Assembly (NCBI GenBank): GCA_011192125.1 | Contig: DUEL01000005.1 | Span: 1,512-65,511, forward strand | DNA length: 64,000 nt | From: Thermoflexia bacterium | GTDB lineage: Bacteria > Chloroflexota > Anaerolineae > B4-G1 > DUEL01 | Reading direction: 5' to 3' | Shown here: positions 58,597 through 64,000 of the stretch, piece by piece | Numbering within the stretch: position 1 is the stretch's first letter | How the letters are laid out: each line of letters starts with the position of its first letter | Made by a program: the position numbers and the translations under genes | The notes under the pieces: generated by a model | What the model was told of the DNA's origin: nothing | The model's database searches: none | Seen by the model: only the letters and a program-made list of their open reading frames with translations

Positions 58597-61500
58597 ATGA
58601 GCATAGAAAAGGTCATCAAACGGGACGGGACCACTGTCCCTTTCGACCGAAAACGGATCGAAAACGCCATCTACGCCGCCGCCCGGGCGGTGGGCAGCGG
58701 AGAGGGCCGCCAGTGGGCGGAAACCCTCTCCTGGGCGGTGACGGGCCTCTTGGAGGAGCGGTTCGGCCGCAACGGCTACACTCCCCACGTCGAAGAGATC
58801 CAGGACATCGTGGAGGAGGTACTGATCAAGTCGGGTAACCCCCGCGTCGCCAAGGCCTACATCATCTATCGGCAGAAGCGGGCCGAGGCGCGGGAGGCCC
58901 AACGGATCATGCTGGATGCGGAGAAGTTGGTGGACGACTACCTCCGCCGGGCCGACTGGCGGGTCAACGAGAACAGCAACATGAACTACTCCCTCCAGGG
59001 GCTCAACTTCTACCTGGCCTCCTCCATCGCCGCCCGGTACTGGCTGCAGAAGATCTACCCACCGGAGGTTCAGTCCGCCCACGTCGAAGGGGATCTGCAC
59101 ATTCACGACCTGGGGATGCTCTCGGTCTACTGCTGCGGGTGGGATCTGCTGGACCTCCTGATCCAGGGGTTCGGCGGGGTGCCGGCCAAGATCGAGAGCA
59201 AGCCACCCCGCCACCTCCGCACCGCGCTGGGCCAACTGGTCAACTTCTTCTACACTCTCCAGGGCGAGGCGGCCGGCGCGGTCGCCGTCTCCAACTTCGA
59301 CACCCTCCTCGCCCCCTTCATCCGGTACGACGGGCTGGACTATCCCCAGATCAAGCAGGCGATGCAGGAGTTCGTCTTCAATATTAACGTGCCCACGCGG
59401 GTGGGATTCCAAAGTCTGGTATGGGACGAACTGGTGGTGATCCGACGCAATGGGCGGATCGAGGTCACCGAGATCGGCCGGTTGGTGGACGAACAGTTCG
59501 AACGCAACAAACACCGGGTGCTCAGTCAGGGGAACGGCAGCTTCGCCGTCCCCAACGTTGACGACATTCAAGCGCTGGCGTTCGACGAGACAGGACACGT
59601 GGTATGGGCACCGGTCAAAGCGTTTGTGCGTCACAAGGTACCCAAAGACGCTCCCTTCGTGCGCGTGCGGACCAGCCGGGGAACGGCAAGCGTCTCGTGG
59701 GCCCATTCGCTCTTCGCCTTCCAGAGCCTCAACGGCCGGTTCGATCCACGCCCCATCGCCGCCAGCGAGGTGGAAACCGCTCACGGCAACGCCAAGATAA
59801 CCCCTGAGAACCATTTTATCGCCGTGCGCCGCGTGCCCAACACGGGGAGCCGGGATAGCCTCGACCTGGCCGAACTGATCGATGCCGTGCCTCAGATCGC
59901 CGCACGAGCCCGTGTCCGCGTACCCAACCCTGCCCAGGCCGTCGAGCGCTTGCGGCAACGGGTACGGGAGACCTTCGGCGGTTTCACCCCCTTCTATCTG
60001 GAATACGGTATCAAGGACAAAGGATGCTGGAGGCGGTGGTCAGAAGGCGGTTCCCTTCCCTACCTTGTCTGGCGAGCGTTGGGAGAAGACGAACCGGAGG
60101 CCGAGTTCGCGCTGCGTAACAGTGTATTATGGTACCCCCGCTCCCTGCAAGGAGAATCCCTGGAAGCGTTCGTCCGCCTGCTGGCCTGGTACATCACCGA
60201 AGGCCACAATGACATCACCAACGGTCTCTACATCTCTCAAGCACGAGGTGGAGACCAGGAAGAGATGACCCAGGTGATGGGTACGCTGAAAGCACTGGGA
60301 CGTGTGGAGGAGGCCAAAGGATGGTCCGCCAAAGGAAATCCTACCCAGACCGTCCTCCGGATGGCGGGCAAAGGGCTTCTAGCGGCGCTGATCGGGTATC
60401 TGGGTGGGACCTACAGCACCAACAAGCAGATCCCCTGGTTCGTGTACGAACTGACCCCCACCTTGCAGGAAACGTTTATCGCAACGCTGATGCAGGGTGA
60501 TGGAAGCGAGTACGCGGATCATTTCGACTACCATACCACCTCTAAGAAACTCAGCCTGGGCCTCAGCCTGCTCCTGGCGATGAACGGCTACAAGTTCAGC
60601 GTGTACGAGGTCGCCTACGAGCGGGAAAACTGGAACGACCAATACATCGTCCGGGTCTACAAGGACAAAGAAGCACCTGAGCGCTACGCCATTGGGGATC
60701 TGACAGCACGGATCTGTATCGACCGGGATCCCTTCACTTATGATCGGGAGTACGAATACGACCTGAGCGTGGATGTCAGCCTGGAGAACTTTGTCGGCGG
60801 GAGCGGACTTCTTTGCTTCCACAACACCCCGTTCACCAACATCACGATGGATCTCACTCCCCCCTCTACCCTCAAAGACCTCCCGGTCATCATCGGCGGG
60901 GAGCCGCAGGAGGCGACCTACGGGGAGTTCCAGCGGGAGATGGACCTCCTGAACCGTGCCTTCGCGGAGGTGATGCTGGAGGGGGACGCGAAGGGGCGCG
61001 TCTTCACGTTCCCGATCCCAACCTACAACGTCACCGCCGACTTCGACTGGGACAACCCCAACCTGGAGCCGGTCTGGGCGATGACCGCCCGGTACGGCAT
61101 CCCCTACTGGGCCAACTTCATCAACAGCGATATGCGGCCGGAGGACGCCCGCTCGATGTGCTGCCGCCTCCGGCTGGACACCCGCGAACTCCACAAGCGG
61201 GTCGGCGGGCTCTTCGCCGCTGCCCCCCTCACCGGCTCCGTCGGCGTGGTCACCATCAACCTCCCCCGCCTGGGCTACCTCTCCCGCGACGAGCGGGAGT
61301 TCCGCCACCGGCTGGAACGGCTGATGGAGATCGGCCGCACCAGCCTGGAGATCAAGCGTAAGATGCTGGAGCAACTGACCGAACAGGGCCTCTACCCCTA
61401 CAGCCGTCACTACCTGCGGGGGGTCAAGCAACGGACCGGTCATTACTGGACCCACCACTTCTCCACCATCGGCCTGATCGGCATGCACGAGGCCTGCCGG

Positions 61501-62034
61501 AACCTGCTGGGGGTGGGAATCGACCATCCGGATGGAAAAGCGTTCGCCATTCGGACCCTGAAGTTTATGCGAGAGGTGCTGGCCCGGTTTCAGAAAGAGA
61601 CCGGCCACCTCTACAACCTGGAGGCCACCCCAGCGGAGGGGGCCTCCTTCCGGCTGGCGAAGGCGGACAAGGAGCGGTTCCCGGACATCATCACCTCCGG
61701 CACCGAGACCGCCCCTTACTATACAAACTCCACCCACCTCCCCGTCTCCTTTACCGACGACCTGTTCGAGGTACTGGAGCACCAGGACGACCTGCAGACG
61801 CTCTACACCGGCGGGACGGTGGTTCACATCTTCCTGGGCGAGCAGTTGGACGACTGGCGACAGGCGCGACGGCTGGTGCGGGTGGTGGCGGAGAACTTCC
61901 GCCTCCCCTACTTCACCCTCACCCCCACCTTCAGCATCTGCCCGGTCCACGGCTACATCCCCGGCGAGCACCCCTTCTGCCCCTACGACCACACGCCGGA
62001 GGAACTGGAGCGATTCGGGCTGCGGGTGGGGTGA
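58597..62034 (+). CDS. nrdD: Anaerobic (class III) ribonucleoside-triphosphate reductase, intein-containing, no C-terminal glycyl-radical motif
   Basis: ATP cone, ENSN, HIHDL, FTFPIPT, RSMCCRL, EATPAEG, YTNS, YTGGT, TPTFSICPVHG. Confidence 0.93.
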   Translation: MSIEKVIKRDGTTVPFDRKRIENAIYAAARAVGSGEGRQWAETLSWAVTGLLEERFGRNGYTPHVEEIQDIVEEVLIKSGNPRVAKAYIIYRQKRAEAREAQRIMLDAEKLVDDYLRRADWRVNENSNMNYSLQGLNFYLASSIAARYWLQKIYPPEVQSAHVEGDLHIHDLGMLSVYCCGWDLLDLLIQGFGGVPAKIESKPPRHLRTALGQLVNFFYTLQGEAAGAVAVSNFDTLLAPFIRYDGLDYPQIKQAMQEFVFNINVPTRVGFQSLVWDELVVIRRNGRIEVTEIGRLVDEQFERNKHRVLSQGNGSFAVPNVDDIQALAFDETGHVVWAPVKAFVRHKVPKDAPFVRVRTSRGTASVSWAHSLFAFQSLNGRFDPRPIAASEVETAHGNAKITPENHFIAVRRVPNTGSRDSLDLAELIDAVPQIAARARVRVPNPAQAVERLRQRVRETFGGFTPFYLEYGIKDKGCWRRWSEGGSLPYLVWRALGEDEPEAEFALRNSVLWYPRSLQGESLEAFVRLLAWYITEGHNDITNGLYISQARGGDQEEMTQVMGTLKALGRVEEAKGWSAKGNPTQTVLRMAGKGLLAALIGYLGGTYSTNKQIPWFVYELTPTLQETFIATLMQGDGSEYADHFDYHTTSKKLSLGLSLLLAMNGYKFSVYEVAYERENWNDQYIVRVYKDKEAPERYAIGDLTARICIDRDPFTYDREYEYDLSVDVSLENFVGGSGLLCFHNTPFTNITMDLTPPSTLKDLPVIIGGEPQEATYGEFQREMDLLNRAFAEVMLEGDAKGRVFTFPIPTYNVTADFDWDNPNLEPVWAMTARYGIPYWANFINSDMRPEDARSMCCRLRLDTRELHKRVGGLFAAAPLTGSVGVVTINLPRLGYLSRDEREFRHRLERLMEIGRTSLEIKRKMLEQLTEQGLYPYSRHYLRGVKQRTGHYWTHHFSTIGLIGMHEACRNLLGVGIDHPDGKAFAIRTLKFMREVLARFQKETGHLYNLEATPAEGASFRLAKADKERFPDIITSGTETAPYYTNSTHLPVSFTDDLFEVLEHQDDLQTLYTGGTVVHIFLGEQLDDWRQARRLVRVVAENFRLPYFTLTPTFSICPVHGYIPGEHPFCPYDHTPEELERFGLRVG
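59413..60825 (+). mobile_element. Intein with LAGLIDADG-type homing endonuclease (471 aa)
   Basis: Interrupts RVGFQ|TPFTN; starts SLVWD, block B SWAHSL, LLAWYITEG and FIATLMQGDG, ends YDLSV...ENF...HN, +1 Thr. Confidence 0.92.
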
Positions 62035-62076
62035 GCCCCACGCGATCTAGCCCGAAGAGAACGAGGAGAAAGACAG

Positions 62077-62361
62077 ATGGCCGAAGAGGTCAAGGGATTT
62101 CCTATCGTCGCACGGGTGATCAGGCAGGAGGGCCACTGCGCCGCAGGCCATAAGGTAGGGGACGAGGTGGTCTTCGACGGGCTGACCGTGCGGGGGAAGA
62201 TCTGCATCAGCGCGCTCTACAGCATGCTCCCCAAGGTCTTCGCGATGCACTACGGAGCCCAGTTCCCGTGGCTGGAGGACCCCGACGTCGCCACCCACGC
62301 CTGCCCGGACGCCTGGAACCCCGTGGTGTTCGAGATCCGCCGCATCCGAGAGGAGGAGTGA
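62077..62361 (+). CDS. TIGR04076-like small Cys protein
   Basis: GHCAAGHKVGD, ICISAL, ACPD...VVFEI. Confidence 0.85.
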   Translation: MAEEVKGFPIVARVIRQEGHCAAGHKVGDEVVFDGLTVRGKICISALYSMLPKVFAMHYGAQFPWLEDPDVATHACPDAWNPVVFEIRRIREEE

Positions 62362-62362
62362 G

Positions 62363-62920
62363 TTGCCGCTGATCGAGTCCTACCGGCTGCAATTCGACCT
62401 CTCCCCCCACAGCGGCGAGGAACTGGAATACGAGGCGATCGCCCACCTGCCGGTGGACATTTCGGAGGTACTTCCCTATCTCAACACGGTGCTCGGTCGG
62501 GGGGTCTACCTCCCCGACGAACCCGCTCTCTCTTGGCGGCATGAGGGTCGCAACATCGGCTTCTGGCCCGATCGGATCGCAGTAGACCACCTGAAGGACC
62601 GGGACGAGGCCCGACAGGTGATCGAGGAACTGATCGCGCTGGTCAATCGGGTGTGGGATCAGCGAGACGAGATCAAGCCGGATACGACCACCCACCAGTA
62701 CCTGCAACCGCTGGAGGTGTACAAACTGCTCCCGCAGACGAACTGCGGTACGTGCGGCGAGAAGGGGTGCTTCCCCTTCGCCGTCAAACTGGCAGCCGGC
62801 GAGGTCGCGGCGGAGTCGTGCCGTCCTTTGTTCGAGGAGCCGACCTACACGGAGCGATTGGAGCAACTACAGACCCTCCTCGCCGCCAAGTGGCCGTCGT
62901 TGCAGAAAGACGTGCTATGA
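62363..62920 (+). CDS. Fe-S cluster-binding protein (C-terminal FeS domain as in RnfB/CdhE N-terminus)
   Basis: LLPQTNCGTCGEKGCFPFA...CRPL. Confidence 0.85.
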   Translation: MPLIESYRLQFDLSPHSGEELEYEAIAHLPVDISEVLPYLNTVLGRGVYLPDEPALSWRHEGRNIGFWPDRIAVDHLKDRDEARQVIEELIALVNRVWDQRDEIKPDTTTHQYLQPLEVYKLLPQTNCGTCGEKGCFPFAVKLAAGEVAAESCRPLFEEPTYTERLEQLQTLLAAKWPSLQKDVL

Positions 62921-63609
62921 TAGAGAAGACCGTCCACGTGCATCCCATCCCTTTGAGGGTGGCCTGTGCCTATCTGATCACGTCGGACGACGGCACCGTG
63001 CTGGTCGACGCCGGGGCACCCCGCCAGGAGCGGACCATCCTCCAATACCTGGCACAGTTCGGGGGAGGCGACCTGCGGCTGATCTTCATCACCCATGCCC
63101 ACTTCGACCACTACGGGAGCGCGGCGGCGATCCGCCGAGCGACCGGCGCGCCAATCGCTGTCCACGAGGCCGACCGAGACCCGATGGCCCGGGGGGAGAC
63201 GCCCATCGGGACCGCCCGCGGCTACGGCCGCCTGACCTTCCTGCTGGCACCGCTCATCGACAGGTGGTTCCAGCCCGAACCCACCGAAGCCGACGTGGTC
63301 CTGGAGGACGGGGAAGACCTGACCCGCTTCGGCATCCCCGGCCGGGTGGTCCACACGCCTGGACACACCTTCGGCTCCTCCACCCTCCTCCTTGACGACG
63401 GCACCGCCTTCGTCGGCGACCTGGTGGCGACGGTGGTGAGGCCCCGCCTGCAACACCTCTACGCGCAGGATTGGGACCTTCTCCAGCGGAGTTTAGAGCG
63501 GCTGGCGGAACTGGCCCCGAAGCGGGTGTACCCCGGCCACGGCCGTCGCCCCCTTGACGGTTCGACGTTCCAACGACTGGTAGCCAACCGAAATGGAGCC
63601 CGGAGGTAG
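62917..63609 (+). CDS. Metallo-beta-lactamase fold hydrolase
   Basis: LVDAG, THAHFDHYG, TPGHT, GD, PGHG. Confidence 0.92.
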   Translation: MIEKTVHVHPIPLRVACAYLITSDDGTVLVDAGAPRQERTILQYLAQFGGGDLRLIFITHAHFDHYGSAAAIRRATGAPIAVHEADRDPMARGETPIGTARGYGRLTFLLAPLIDRWFQPEPTEADVVLEDGEDLTRFGIPGRVVHTPGHTFGSSTLLLDDGTAFVGDLVATVVRPRLQHLYAQDWDLLQRSLERLAELAPKRVYPGHGRRPLDGSTFQRLVANRNGARR

Positions 63610-63612
63610 GGT

Positions 63613-64000
63613 ATGGCGAAGTACTTCGTGTTGGTGGCCGGCAACATCGGCGTGGGGAAGACCTCCCTCACCGAGCGGATCGGTGCACGGCTGGGCTGGC
63701 GCACCGCCTTCGAATCGGTCAGCGACAACCCCTACTTGGCCGACTTCTACGCCGACATGCGGAAGTGGTCCTTCCACCTCCAGATCTTCTTCCTCGGCCA
63801 CCGCGCCCGCCAGCACTGGGAACTGGCAACCGCACCGGAGTCGGCCATCGCCGACCGCAGCATCTACGAGGACGCCCACATCTTCGCCCGCGCGCTCCAC
63901 CATATGGGCAACCTCAGCGAGCGGGACTACCTGGCCTACCGCACCGTCTTCGACCTGGTGGTGGAGGGGTTGCCCCGGCCCGACCTCCTCATCTACCTCA
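63613..64000 (+). CDS. Deoxynucleoside kinase family protein, 3'-truncated
   Basis: MAKYFVLVAGNIGVGKTSL, NPYLADFY, DRSIYED, PDLLIYL (my translation; not in the ORF track). Confidence 0.9.
   Translation, partial: MAKYFVLVAGNIGVGKTSLTERIGARLGWRTAFESVSDNPYLADFYADMRKWSFHLQIFFLGHRARQHWELATAPESAIADRSIYEDAHIFARALHHMGNLSERDYLAYRTVFDLVVEGLPRPDLLIYL

Noticed and set aside
62032..62079. nrdD TGA is in frame with the downstream TIGR04076-like ORF with no intervening stop (read-through or selenocysteine?)
   Set aside because: The downstream gene has its own RBS (GAGGAG), read-through would not supply a glycyl-radical motif, and I see no SECIS-like hairpin; likely chance.

Overview
High-GC bacterial chromosomal segment, most likely an anaerobic Chloroflexota (Anaerolineae-like) genome; the taxon is inferred from gene style and repeats only. 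It is mostly core genes: nusA-ylxR-infB-rbfA-nrnA-truB-ribF; a glycine/serine cluster (SHMT-GcvT fusion, tandem glycine riboswitch, class V aminotransferase, two 2-hydroxyacid dehydrogenases, DUF1015, lipoate ligase family); punA, queA, ruvB, secG and T-box-controlled thrS; acd-DRTGG-eno-pyk; ftsK, ppsR, mutS; and an NrdR-controlled class III ribonucleotide reductase operon. I saw no transposase, CRISPR array, rRNA or tRNA. Main points of interest: (1) NrdD carries a LAGLIDADG-type intein, ends without the glycyl-radical motif, and has no nrdG next to it. (2) A glycine-ON riboswitch drives a serC/serA-like operon with DUF1015, which may work as a catabolic serine-kinase route. (3) Several families of short palindromic repeats are dense here; some are inserted in frame into mutS and the SHMT-GcvT fusion, and three copies of a ~155-bp MITE-like element each end 9-10 nt upstream of a -35 box. 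(4) A phage-fibre-like secreted protein with a small partner, and a kinase-less 7TM-HTH regulator. All assignments come from reading motifs by eye; no database searches were run.
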